Below are positions 26,000 through 37,620 of a stretch of 60,000 nucleotides of DNA, piece after piece. How positions within the stretch are numbered: position 1 is the first letter of the stretch; every line of letters starts with the position of its first letter. Made by a program: the position numbers and the translations under genes. Under the pieces are notes generated by a model that saw only the letters and a program-made list of their open reading frames with translations, ran no database searches and was not told the DNA's origin. Source of the stretch: Lama glama (taxonomy: Eukaryota). The DNA is taken from positions 100,876,001-100,936,000 of the forward strand of contig CM052816.1 of the NCBI GenBank assembly GCA_028534125.1, given 5' to 3'.

Positions 26000-26580
26000 G
26001 TATTGCTTTATGTGATTAGGAAAGCAGAACGTGTTTTTAACAAATTTGGGACATATGAAATAATCAGTCTTCTTAAATGACTCATTAAGCCTCCTCACCA
26101 TCACTCCCACCTTATCCACCATATTGTCTTGTTCCCTTTCCAACTCCCACAAAACAAAGGTATCTAAAGGTACATAAGTGTAATACAGATACGGAAGTAT
26201 AAAACAGATAAACACATATATATGTTTTCTGTAAATTTATGTGTGTGTGTGCGCACACATGCATATACACAAATACAGGGTTTTGTAAATTTTAAGTGTC
26301 CTGTTTATACCATCTTCCGTCTTGCTTTTCTCATGACATTGCAGGGATCAAAGGACTCCGTGTCTCTGAGCAGCCACGAAAATACTTCCTCAGTCCCTGG
26401 CAGTGTGCCGTCATCTGGTCCACTGTATTTAAACCCCGTCCTGCTCTCACAAACGTGGGCTGTTTCCGGTCTGTCCCCCGTTGTAAGTCATCCTGTGACG
26501 AGAGTTACGTAAACAGCTCGTGGCTTTCTGTTTCCCCGGGGCTTTTTCTTTTTCGAGAAGGGGAGTTACCAGGTCAAAGC
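26000..26580 (-). mobile_element. Very old L1ME-type 3' fragment
   Basis: cttgcttttctcatgaca...gtgggctgtttccggtc...cctgtgacgagagtt has the order of antisense L1ME 3' landmarks; weak similarity. Confidence 0.4.
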
Positions 26581-27764
26581 AATTAAACCAAGCTCTGTTG
26601 ACAGAGCACCCAGAACGCTTCCCATTAAAGCTGGCCGGATCTGCACGTCCGCTCACCGCCCGCTCCCAAAGGGCCGCTCTCACCGCACAGCCGCCAGCGC
26701 TGGCTGCCCGCACAGCTTGGGGTGTGTGGCTGTGGTTTTGTTAACCTGCTGGTCTTCGCTGGTCACCGTGAGGCTGGACATTTTCCAGTCTGGGGGGTGT
26801 TCCTGATTCCTTTCACTGAGTTGACTGTTCCTATCCCTTCTGTTTGGTTTTCGTGTTTTTCTTACCAACTTTATGGAAATAATTGGCAATTAATGTTCTA
26901 GTCCTCACGTAGCATTTTTAAATGGACTCAATTAAAGAGGGAAAGATTTGACTCTGTGCCTCCCCCAAGCATCACACCTTGCATTTTCCAGAGACGTTTA
27001 AAGGTCAATGTGACTTCAAAGTCAGACATCAGTCTGGATGGACTGTCACCAGAAGGCAACACAGTTTTAGGTTGTTCTACCACCTTTGAAATGAGACTCA
27101 AGTTCTGACTTCTTAAAATGTCAACCTCATAAATTCACCCCCTCAGACAAAACCAGGTGCGGTCAGCACTCAGCAGACACTCTCACCGCCATGGTGACAT
27201 TTGGCCTCGAGCTTCCGACAGTCCCACAAAGAACCACGCTCAGTTCCCATCCTTAAAAAGCGGGAAACAGATGCGATGATGAACTTTCAAGCTCTTTATC
27301 TTTTGCCCTTCTTACATTCCGTGCAACCCCCACCCCAGCCATTTTGGAATAGAATACTTACAATTTGGGTGCAGGTGAAATCAAGAATCGTAGATGCTCA
27401 GGCCAGAGTTTTCATCCTCAAACGACCACCTCCACCCCCGCCGTGGGGTCAGAGGTTATGTGACCTCTGCTCCTGTCACTGGCGTTCTCCTGGACCCCTG
27501 GCCCTGATCAGGCTTGGGACAATGGGGTGGGTGGCAGAAGGAAGCCAGGAGTGGCTGCGAGGGTCATCTTCACGAAAGTCCATCATTTCCGGCCACAGGA
27601 CTGAGTGGCTTGAGGCCTAAGCCCTCGGATGTGCGGCCAGTGAAAGCCGACCCTTTCCTTTCGTGTCTATGAGGTCCTTCCTGCCTTTGGAGAGGACATC
27701 CAGCTGGCCGAGGTGCCAGGGCAGGTGCAAACACACCCAGGCTGGCACTCCCTCAGCTCCAGGC

Positions 27765-27825
27765 CAGCTGGTTAATCACTGAGGGATTCAGTTTCCTCCT
27801 CTGTAAAATGGGGGCCAGAGCACAA
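27765..27825 (+). mobile_element. MIR core fragment
   Basis: tcagtttcctcctctgtaaaatgggg is the MIR core (ctcagtttcctcatctgtaaaatgggg). Confidence 0.75.
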
Positions 27826-28498
27826 CCATTTTCCCAAGGAGGAAGGATTGGATCATACCTGTGAGCACGTGGCTGGAGCCAGAACAGACCCTCTGTGAAG
27901 GCTGCCTCCTCTCTCTGCCTGTCCCTGCCGGACACAGCAAGGCTCACGGCCCATGAGCAGACGGAGAAGGCCAGGGCTCCATCGTGGGGCCGGTCCACGA
28001 TGTTTCCAACAATAAGAGCCAGAAAGAGAACCGGGCTGGAACCCAGGTCCTGCTCTGTCAGGACCCCGCAGGACGAGGCACCATGACCTCTGGGGCATGG
28101 GCGCAGGGGACGTGGGGACGTGACTCTGGGGCATCTGGGAAGGCTGACAGGCACAGACCGAGGAAGGGGCACGGTGTCTGGTGAGGTGGCCTCCAAATAC
28201 GAGGCCTTGTCCACTGAGGAAAGCGGGGCGGAACTCGCGCAGAGGCTGTGTAAGTGGCGCCTGGGCCACCGCGCGGCTGCCTGGCGTGGGGGGAGCAGAC
28301 TGCCACTCGCGCCGCAGAGTCTACTGGCAGCCCCGCGGGAGGCTGTAACCCCTTCACACCTTATTGCCGGGAAGTGCCTTTCTGATTTGACACATTAAAA
28401 GCAGGTTCACGCAAGGCTCCTCTCCAGTGAGTTGGAACCTGGGACTGACAGGCCTGCCTTCCCTCCCACCGCACGAGCTGGCTCAGACAGGAGCCTTC

Positions 28499-28530
28499 GG
28501 GGGGGAGGGGAGGGGAGGGGCGGGGGGCGG
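28499..28530 (+). other. G-quadruplex-forming motif
   Basis: G7-A-G4-A-G4-A-G4-C-G6: five G-tracts with 1-nt loops. Confidence 0.7.
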
Positions 28531-28938
28531 CTTTGCTGAAATGTTAGGTTCTCAAGGCTCCCTACACTTCGGGGAGAGACTGCGGAGCTTTTAACCGAGG
28601 CCGCAAACCTGACAGCAAGGATAACGAGAAGCTTCTGATTCTGCAGCCTCGGTCAGCGGTGGGCGCCCAGCCCCAGCCCAGCCCCAGCACGTGCCCAGCT
28701 CGCTCTTTTCTTCCACCCAACCCCTGGCTAGCCAGCCAAGCCCTTGGCCTGCCAAATCCCACTCCCACACCTGTCCGGCCCACTCCAACCCCGAGCTGGT
28801 CTGACCCATCCTTGCCCAGCCAGCCCCGCCCAACCTTGCATCTGCTCCGCCCGCACCCGCCCAGACAGCACCTGTCCCGCCCACACCTGCCGTGCACACG
28901 CGCAGCGCCGCGCCCTATCTGGCCGGCGAGACCGCGGG

Positions 28939-28957
28939 CGGCCAGCAGAGGGCGCGC
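28939..28957 (+). promoter_or_regulatory. CTCF core motif, forward
   Basis: cggCCAGCAGAGGGCGCgc matches the CCASYAGRKGGCRS consensus. Confidence 0.7.
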
Positions 28958-29155
28958 CGCCGGAGACCCGCCTGGGCTCTGCCCCGGCCCGCGGGGACAC
29001 CCGCCCGGACCCCCAACCCGGGGCCCCCGAGCCCGGAGCCGCGCCGCGCCGCGCCGCGCCAGGGGAGCGCGCCCGCAGCCCTTCCGCGGGCCCGGGCGGC
29101 GCGGGGACGGGCGGGGGCGGGAGCTGCGGCCGCGCGGCGCCAGCCAAGGGCGTTT

Positions 29156-29188
29156 GTGCCACCTGTTGGCCCCGCGCCCGCACTGCAG
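29156..29188 (-). promoter_or_regulatory. CTCF motif with upstream TGCAG module, reverse
   Basis: Minus strand reads cTGCAGtgcgggcgcggggCCAACAGGTGGCAC: core with one mismatch plus the upstream module at plausible spacing. Confidence 0.6.
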
Positions 29189-29922
29189 CGGGGAGCGCCG
29201 CTCGGCGGCACGGACGGGGGGCTCCCGCCCGCCCGCCCGCCCGCAGGGCCCCGCCCGGGAAGGGACCGGCCGGGTGACAGCGCCCCCCCGCCGAAGCCGC
29301 GGGAAAGGGCTGGTCAAAGGGAGCGCCTGAGCAAATCCGTGTCTCCACCTGGCAGTACTCTTGTCGAGATCTAGTATTTCGGAGCACCGGCACACCGATT
29401 ACCCGTTTCTCCTCACGCCTGAATTTCGGCTAGCGTGCGCTGTTTTCATGGCACAGAAATGACACTATAAATAACATAGATGTCTGTTTTCTGTGTGCAT
29501 TTATTTTTACCTTCCTTTTAAAGAACGCGCCTTTTAAAACCTGTGAGCTGCAAGATGTACGTGTAAACCACACGAGACAGACAGATCGAAAGACCTACAT
29601 ATAATTTTTCTAACTAATTTGTAACTAACTTGGCCAGGTGTAACCTTTCCTACGTACACTTGGCTTGTCTCAGACAAGATACCTGCTTGAAGGTACACAG
29701 AATTTGGTCTTAAGTGTATGTTGCAACCTGGCCTCCTAAACACCTAGAAAGACGACAGGGAGACATGGCTATGTTCATAAATTAGGGCAAACGCTCTGAT
29801 CAGAGAAAGGAAAGTGGGGTCACACAGTAACATCGAACAAGGTGGGCGTTTTCTGCCTCCAAGTCGTTATCCGTGTGATACATGATCTGTGTGATCTGGG
29901 GTTTTCTAGCATTCATTTCTTT

Positions 29923-29939
29923 ACACACACACACACACA
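29923..29939. repeat. Short (CA)n microsatellite
   Basis: acacacacacacacaca read directly. Confidence 0.8.
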
Positions 29940-30689
29940 TATCAAATACATATGCACATCAAAAGGCAAGTACACAAAAACATGAAAAAGGCTCCAATTA
30001 CAGCAGTTGGTATCCTAGTAAAAGAAACAGAAAATATGTGTTTTCAATGTACAAATACAAAACACCAAAGTGCGCTTTTCACTTGAAGGAAAAGCATCAT
30101 CTCATGCTTTGTCCTCCTCACTTTCCCGTCCCCCTCCGTGCACCTCGTGTCTTTCCTTTGCGGGCAGGAAACAAAGCAGGGTTTGTGTCACAAAGGGTCG
30201 CATCTCTCACCACAGTCAGTGAGAGTTCTCTAGGACTCTATGTTTACTGGTATGTGTTTTGTTTATACAGCTTTATACATGAGCTAAATAAATTTAGCTC
30301 TTTTCTTTACTATGAAAACACAATTTATTTATAACTCACAAAAATCTAGCTGAGAGACCTTGACTGTATAAACGTGAAGAGTGCAGAAAAGCAGGAGAAA
30401 CTCTGCTGTTTTAAACCTTATATATGGGTGTGTATATATACATATGGCTGTTAAGAACAGAATATATACATATTCTATATCACATGTGTATTTATATTGT
30501 AATATGTATATAAAATCAAAGTATGAGAAGGATAGGCTGCAATGAGATAGAGGAGGAGAGAAAGGGGAACATTCCTTTTTTTAATTAGCAGGACGTTCAC
30601 ATGAAATCCGAGTTCGGGGACTTACTGTAATCCTAACAGTGATACCGGGTTCTAAGTGTCAGCAGTAATTAATGTCGCAGCACCTTCTG

Positions 30690-31045
30690 CCGCGTTTTCT
30701 CCGCAAACCAAGGGGATGAGGCATTTTCCATCCATCTGAACAAAGCAACTGATCAGAATCTGGGGAGGAAAGACTTGACAGGAGTCTCCTATGAAACGGC
30801 TCAGCAGTAGCTGAAAGGCAGCTTCCTAGAACAGTGTGCGGAAACAGAAGAAAATTTCAACATACAGCCTGGGATTTTTGATATTTAAGATAAAGAGAAA
30901 TTCTAAAGACACCTAGAGATTTTAGCAAAAGTAAGTTTACAAAGGTAACGTTCACATCCCAAGCGAAAAAGTCATTGTGATAAGAGAATTACAATGAAGT
31001 ATTTTAGGAGATTATTGAGATGAAATGTGAGAGTCGAACGTGAGC
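30690..31045 (+). mobile_element. Decayed L1/HAL1 ORF1-like fragment
   Basis: A-rich plus strand with taagataaagagaaattctaaagacacctagaga, similar to the old L1 ORF1 KDKEKILKA region; weak. Confidence 0.4.
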
Positions 31046-31649
31046 TTTCTTAAGACACTGGGACCCTCAGTGCCGCACTCCACCCATCGTACAGATACAC
31101 GGACGCAGACACGGACATAGACGAGGCAGAGGCGGAGGCAGAGACAGAGGAGCGGGTCCATTTCGGGCTCTGCTGGCATCTGTGAATAGGTGTCCGTCTG
31201 GACAGGTGAGGAGCAGGATGAACATACAGAGAAGACTGTCCATCACCCCACTGCTTAGGGTTCTTTGTCACGCTGTGGATAGCAACACTCAGACTCCGGG
31301 AAAGCCAGGTGAAGATTTTAACTTACCCAGAGGCAAACAGGGACGCTCCCTTCCCCAAACACATGCGAAGAAAGAGCACCGTTATTTAGAGAACGCTCTC
31401 CTGCTTAAACAGTGCACGGAGCTGTGCGATCGCACAGTCGCCTTTCCAGTTACTTACTTGGGCAGGCTGGCTGGAAGTCTCTGGAGCAGGACCAGGCACT
31501 AGAAGAATAAAGGTGAGCAAGACGTGGATGCAGGAGGGAGGTGACACAGACCAGGATCGCAGAGATGAGCCAGAGACAGCGGAGCAGGAGGAGGGCGGCA
31601 AGAGGGCGTCACAAGGAACACTCCTAGGACTCTTCCCTGAGTATTTCCA

Positions 31650-31965
31650 AGCACATCCATCCGTTCTTCAGAAGTGGCTCCCGAGCGCTTGACGTCTGCC
31701 AGGCGCTCTGCGAGAAGCTGAGGCACAGAAGCTAAGGGCAAAGTAAGGTTGTGTCCTTTAAGGCGTCAGAGTCCGGGGGGGAAACGCGCCGTCACGCAAT
31801 CGCAGGTAAAGGCAAAGGCAGACCCGCGCCCCCGGGCGGCTCTGGGGAGGCGTGCAGGATGCCGGCCCCGTCACGGCAGAGCTTCCCTGCCCAGGGAGGT
31901 CAGAGAAGGCCCCTGAGGAAAGGCAAGCTGAGCTTGGCGGATGCCTTAGAGATGGGCCACGTTCT
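31650..31965 (-). mobile_element. L2 3' fragment
   Basis: catccatccgttc...gagcgcttgacgtctgccaggcgctctgc and ggaggtcagagaaggcccctgaggaaaggcaagctgagc parallel antisense L2 3' landmarks. Confidence 0.5.
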
Positions 31966-32129
31966 TTCCAGAGCTTGGGGTTGACCACGGGTCTATTAAC
32001 TGAAAGCGCGTGCAGACGGAAGAGAGCGTGACTCCGGGGCCGACTGAGGACAGACCGCAGCCTCGGCCTTGGTCTCCAGGCTCGCTCACTCCCAGACGCT
32101 TCTGCTCGGCGCTCCTTCTGGGAGCTCGG

Positions 32130-33200
32130 CCACCTCGCTGCGAGCAGCCCAGGCCACCAGGAGCCACCATCCCTGCACACGCTGCAGTCTGCCTACGAGC
32201 CCAGCTGGAAGTATCTTCCAGCCCGAGTGAGGCCGCTGGGATGTCCGGCCCAGCTGAGCTCTCACGTGTCTGATCGCAGCCACGTGCGCGGCCCCACTCG
32301 GGAAGCACGGAGCCAAGCCCGTCCAGAATTTCTGACCCGCAGACTCTGGGGCCGGAGTAAGAGTCGGTGCTTTTACACCCGTAGATGTTGGAGAGATCGT
32401 TCCTTAGCAATAGAGACCTGGTACCAGGAGGCGGGAGGCGCCAGAACTAAACCCAAACCATGTGACCCGGGTTCTGCGGCCAGACGCCAGGCGGAAGTTT
32501 GAGCGGCCCGCGCGAGGCTGTTGGAAGGGCCTTAATGGAAGCGACGAGAATGCTGCTGCAAGCCCGAGGGAAGGAGAGCTGTCAGATGGCGGCAGAAACT
32601 TGGCAGCACCGTGGCCTGTGGTAACACAGGTCGTGGAAAACATACCCACAGGCTGACGGTCTCACTGAGGAAACTTCTGGGCCAGACTTGAAGAGCCACC
32701 TGCCTTCGTTCTGCTGCCCGTGAAACAACGTGGGGGGGGGGGCAGGGACTGACGACCGTCTGCCTAGTCTTCGGCTGGACTGGCCGCGCCTCCTGAAGGG
32801 CCCGGCGTGGTCTTCACGGCCGGCAGAGGTTCTCCCCCGGGCGGGGGCCTCCAGGCAGAGACCACGCCAAGAGCCCTGCCGTTCAAACCCGGCCTCACAG
32901 AAGTCAAGGCGGGCTGTAAACGCCTCAATACGGTATCAGGAAGACTCAAGGAGGTTAAACCTGGAGGCCTCTGCCAAGCAGAAAAGCTCGGGGGCTTGTC
33001 TCACAGGCCCTTTAAGCCCGACGCCAGTGTTTCCAAGACCCTTGGAGCACCGTCTCTGCAGCCTCCGGGGATCCAACGTTGAATAAATTAAGTAGGTCTG
33101 TGACTGTGTCTTCGGCCTCATGGAAGGGATTATGAGCTGAAACATAAAACCCCACGGAGGTTTTGAGGGAGTGAATATCCTTGACTGACAATGGCAGAGA
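32130..33200 (+). mobile_element. MaLR element: MLT1F/H-like LTR 3' half followed by MLT1 internal sequence
   Basis: aatttctgacccgcagactctg...agcaatagagacc (LTR end, about 32420), then ggtaccagg...gaaacttggcagcaccgtggcctgtggtaac...ggaaaacatacc...aaaccccacggaggttttgaggga (internal-like). Confidence 0.65.
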
Positions 33201-36200
33201 GTCACAGCGCAGAGAGGACTTCGGGGTCCCCCAGAGTGAAGAGGCCCGGAACGCTGCCAGGCACAAGGCCGGCCCACGTCCTGGGGGGGGGGCAGAAGCG
33301 GGAGCCCCGGGGGCAGGCCCGGCCCGCTGCGGAGGGGCTGCGCCCGCGGGGCCTGGGCGCACTCTGCGCCAGAGGCTGCCTGCCGCTCTCCCCTTGCCAA
33401 ACAAGGCTGTCTGGCGCGGCCGCCCTCCCCTCACTCACGGCCCTTACCGGTGGGTTGGGCAGGCGGGCGGGGGGGGGGGGGCTGCTTAGGTCAGGAGCCT
33501 TCGGACCAGGAGGAAGTGCACCGGAAACATGGGTTTTGAGCTGGGGGCCTTGGGGGACAGGGAGAAGCCAGCCACCCCACGACAAGCCGTGGAGAGGGAG
33601 AGCCGGGAAGCCACACGCCAGCACGCTCAGGCGCGACCAGCCAGGGGGATTCACTCCTGGGGGGATGGAAATGACCAAACCACCGAAAGAGGACTCTGAA
33701 GTTAACGTGTCCAATATGCAGAGCAGAAGGTGTAACGGGAAGACCAGGGAGTTAAAAGGGCCACCACCAGCCAAGGACATCGAGACGTTAAGGACGAAGT
33801 TTACATGCGGAGAAGGAAACGCATGGGTCCCTGGAGAAGGAAGCATGGAGAGGAGGGGGAGGATGCAGTGCAAGCATGTCTGTGAGGGGCTTTCTCTGAG
33901 AGGAAGGGAAATGGGAAGGGAAAGCAGGCGAGCGCGCCTGGTGGCCCCAGGGGCCCCCGCCAGCCCCGCAGGGCGAGGACCTGACCCCACAGGGCGTCAG
34001 GCCGCCTGAGGGGAGCAGTCCCACCGCAGGGAGGGTCCCGGGGAGGGGGGCACAGCGTGGGGACAGGACAGGAACAGGGCAGAGGTGGCACTACTGTTTG
34101 TGTCGGGGGTGACATTTCCGGTGGCCCCTGTGACCCCTGACAGCTGGGTAGGCGGGCGGTGCAGGAGCGCTGTGGGAGGGGGCCGGAGAGCGGGGGGGGG
34201 GGGGTGGAACCAGCATTGCAGGGGCGGGGGGGGGACCTGCATCGCCCTCCGGAGGCCAGTGGTCCTGAGCGCGTGAGGGACTCCCGCCACCTGCCCTGGA
34301 AGGCCCTTCACAAGTGCAGACCTGCAGGAAGGGGCAGCTGGGTTCACCAGTGTCCAGCCTCCACAGTTCGTCGGATGCCACAGGGAAAAGCGGCACGCCT
34401 GGGAGTGTGATGTGTGACCAGGAGGGTGGCTCTCCCCTTGGACGAACGTGGACGCTGAGTCGGAGAAGGAAGAAGCAAAGAGGGAAGAGGGTTGGGGGGT
34501 GGGCGGGTCCACCAAGACCGCAGGGTCGTCTTTGCGTCGCTAAATGGTGTGAATGAGAAATGCAGCAGCCATGTCGGGAAACAAAGACCACCGTGTCCCT
34601 CGAGTCAGCAGCCGCTGCCACTGCCCCCCATCCCCCCGACTGTGAGCAGGGGGAGCTCGGGATGCGGACAAGCAGGCAGCCCGGCCTTTGCAGCCGCCCC
34701 GGGCGGTGCCCCGAGGGGACTCGGGCTGGGGAGGCACAGGACCCTGGCCCCAGGAGGCTCAGGTGCACGTCGCAGGGGTGGCTTCAGGGAGCCCAGATGC
34801 CTGCATCTTCCCATATACGGAAAAGCGCTGAATTCCTTACCTTGAAGTATCTGCTGCTCCTTAATCCACAGTCACCTTCTGACGTTCCAGCTACCTGGTC
34901 TGTGCTGCAAAAACCCCTGCACGTCCTGGTTTCTCCCTCGCTTCTCCAGAACAGTCCCCTAGAGCACCTAAGCGGCCGCCTCCCGGGCGCGGGTCCCCAC
35001 TAAGTCCACCAAATAAAGCGTAACTCTCAACTTTCAGATTGTGTGTCGTGTTTCAGTCGACAATGGAATCCAAGGAGCGAACGTGCAGATGTGTCACTTG
35101 GGGAGGGGAGGGCCTGAGCGGGTCCAGGACACAGGAAGGGTGCACATGGGGAGTAGGACAAGGCTGCTGGACAGGGAGGCGAAGGAATTACAGGGTGCCA
35201 GTCCAAAATGGCTCGGCTGGCAGGGGACCCCAGGACGGAGGGCAGCAAGCTGGAGGGTCACCCTGAGCTGGATGCAAATGACGTCACCTGAGGGAAAGGG
35301 GCCTCCGAGGGACGTTTGGCCTTGTGACCTAGAGGTCTGAAGGGTGCGATGGAGCAGGTGGTCCTGCGGTGGGGGGGAGGGGGACCACGCTCCCGGTGGA
35401 GGACTCACGTCCAGTCCTGCCCTGACCAGTGGTGGCGCCTCAGCCTCCTTACCTGCAGAGCTGGGGCTTCTGTGAAGGGAAAGGCCATGCTTGCCTCATG
35501 TGTCTGGTCCACGACAGTTCACAGAAACGTCTACCGTTGTGATTCACAATCTCAAAAGAGCAGCAGGCCCTGCTCTGTGCCAGGCACCGCGCCAGAACCT
35601 GGGACCAAGAGGTCAGTTTGTGAGCGAACGGCGGTGGGGGGTCCAGTGAAGGGATGACTCCCATGCAGAGGGTTGTGGGGCTCATGACACACAAGACGGA
35701 AGAAAGGAGTCCCAGGAAACGACGTGTCTGTGAGCAGACGGCACGTGTGACCAACCACTGCGGGAGAGACGCCCGTTAAACACAGTGACAGAGTCACCCC
35801 CACTGGCCGGGGCACAGGCCCGGCGTGAGCGGGAGCAAGGAGACGTCACATCTCCCTTCTGCTCTGCGAGGGCATGAATTCCTCCTGCCATTTCTGAGGG
35901 GCTGAAACTCTCCCGCAGCCTCTGTAAGAAGTGCAGCTTCATTTTCTCTTGTCTCCTCCGAGGTAAGAAATGTGCCAGAAACGTCTGCTGAGATTCAGAC
36001 GGTAAGGACTTCTTGGAAACAAGCTGTGTCTTGGAAATAAGACAAAAATTTCCTGTTTCTTCCCTTTTTTTTAACATTTCAATCTCTGATTCTAGAATCC
36101 TTAAGGAATCAGTTTATGTCATTACACACTTTCTAAATAACATTCTTAGAAACTCGTCATGACAGATAAAAATCCAAGATGTGTGCTCACGGGACAGCAT

Positions 36201-37060
36201 AGTACTTTTTTTTGCGCGACAGTTAGAACCCTGTTAGACCTTCACTGGTTCACTTAGTATCAGTGCCTGGTGGTGTGTTAGGACAAATCACTTTGCCGTG
36301 ACCTCGATGGACACCAAAGACAAAGCACAGCCCAGAGCACATCCATGAAGAGTCATTTCTAGAAATCAGAGGCATCGTCATTTTGCTTTTGGTTGTGAAG
36401 AGCATCGAACCGCAAAGACAAGGGAGGTAGGTGTGACCCTCACAGTGCGGGCAGGGCGTGGGGAAGCAGCTCAAAGTGCAACTTCAAATCATCATGTTCG
36501 CCCCCAGCCATGATCTCGTCTGGAAAGTTCTGTAAAATAAGTCAGCAGACAAGGCCAGTGCCTATGAGTGCGGGTCGAGGGGGAGGTGGAAGACTGGACG
36601 TGGAAGCGCAGGACTTGAGCTTAAGAACGCGGTGCCCAGCCTCTTCGAGGACGGGGAGTGAGCCTCGCCGGGTTGGCTGGCTCCCGAGGGCTGGCCAGCA
36701 GCCACCCGCAGGACGGGGCTTCCATCCTGCCACTGGGGCTTCAGGTCACTGCGGGGCCCACTGCACTGTCACCTCCCTCCGGGGCTGTGAGATGAGACCA
36801 GGGCATCCCAGTCACCACAGGCCTGGCCACCAGGTCGCAGATGCAGAGGCCAGCGGGGTGGCCGTTCAGCCACACAAGACGTACTGGAGATGGGCCTGAG
36901 CACAGACCTTCCACCAGACACCTTATTTACCGTGGCGGTGACTTCTTAAAGACGTATTTATGAGGTTTCCACCAAAAGTTCCCTTGAGCTTTTCACTCCT
37001 TGGTAAGATTTTACTCCATCCTTCGTGAAATGTCACAGAGCCAAGACGTGCTGACCGAAC

Positions 37061-37395
37061 GCACTGAGGCGCTGGACGCACTGAGGTCCTGGACGCACTA
37101 AGGCCCTGGACGCACTAAGGCCCAGGACGCCCTGAGGCGCTGGACACACTGAGGCCCTGGACGCACTGAGGTCCTGGACGCACTAAGGCCCAGGACGCCC
37201 TGAGGCGCTGGACACACTGAGGCCCTGGACGCACTGAGGTCCTGGACGCACTTAGGCCCTGGACGCCCTGAGGCGCTGGGCGCACTGAGGCGCTGGACAC
37301 ACTGAGGCCCTGGACGCACTAAGGCCCAGGACGCCCTGAGGCGCTGGACGCACTGAGGCGCTGGATGGGGTCCCTGAGGCGCTGGATGGGGTCCC
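37061..37395. repeat. 17-bp minisatellite (VNTR), 18 units plus a partial 21-bp duplication
   Basis: Units of pattern (g/a)c(a/c)ct(g/a/t)agg(c/t)(c/g)c(t/a)ggac run from 37061 to 37366; 37112-37179 is identical to 37180-37247. Confidence 0.97.
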
Positions 37396-37620
37396 AGAAC
37401 ACAAAGGGAGTGTTAGGTTTCAACTAAGGAAATCCGAATAAGGTGCGAACTTCAGTTAATAACAATGTGGCAAAATGGTTTCACAAAGTGGAACAGCGCG
37501 GCTTTCCAGTAGAAAACGTGAATAGCAGGAGAGACAGGTGCAGGACTGTGGGGGCTCCCGGAACTATTTTCACAGTTTTCCTGTAGATCTAAACTATTCT
37601 AAAAAATGAAGGTTATTTCC
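37350..37620 (+). mobile_element. L1MC-type 3' terminus
   Basis: ctggatggggtcccagaacacaaaggg...aactaaggaaatccgaataagg...cagttaataacaatgt...ttttcctgtagatctaaactattctaaaaaatgaaggttatt matches my recall of the L1MC 3' end. Confidence 0.8.

Larger units (their letters stand above)
28600..29450. promoter_or_regulatory. CpG island (core about 28840-29330) with GC boxes and CTCF motifs; no gene identified
   Basis: Highest CpG density in the window; (GCCGC)n at 29038-29060; multiple GGGCGG/CCGCCC; NotI and BssHII sites. Confidence 0.85.

Noticed and set aside
26505..26512. Second TTACGTAA D-box
   Set aside because: It lies in a probable decayed L1ME fragment with no neighbouring motif cluster, so it is likely chance.
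28562..29395. Long overlapping ORFs (up to 277 aa) in the CpG island
   Set aside because: Open on both strands, Arg/Gly/Pro/Ala-rich and with no recognisable domain; expected from stop-codon scarcity at very high GC.
33191..34768. ORFs of 225-272 aa on both strands
   Set aside because: Low-complexity GC-rich frames crossing poly-G tracts, mostly with non-ATG starts and no recognisable protein family.
37061..37395. CRISPR-like array, or repeat-protein ORFs (37098..37319, 37115..37300)
   Set aside because: Units are head-to-tail with no unique spacers and no cas genes, in mammalian DNA. The open frames follow from the 17-bp period.
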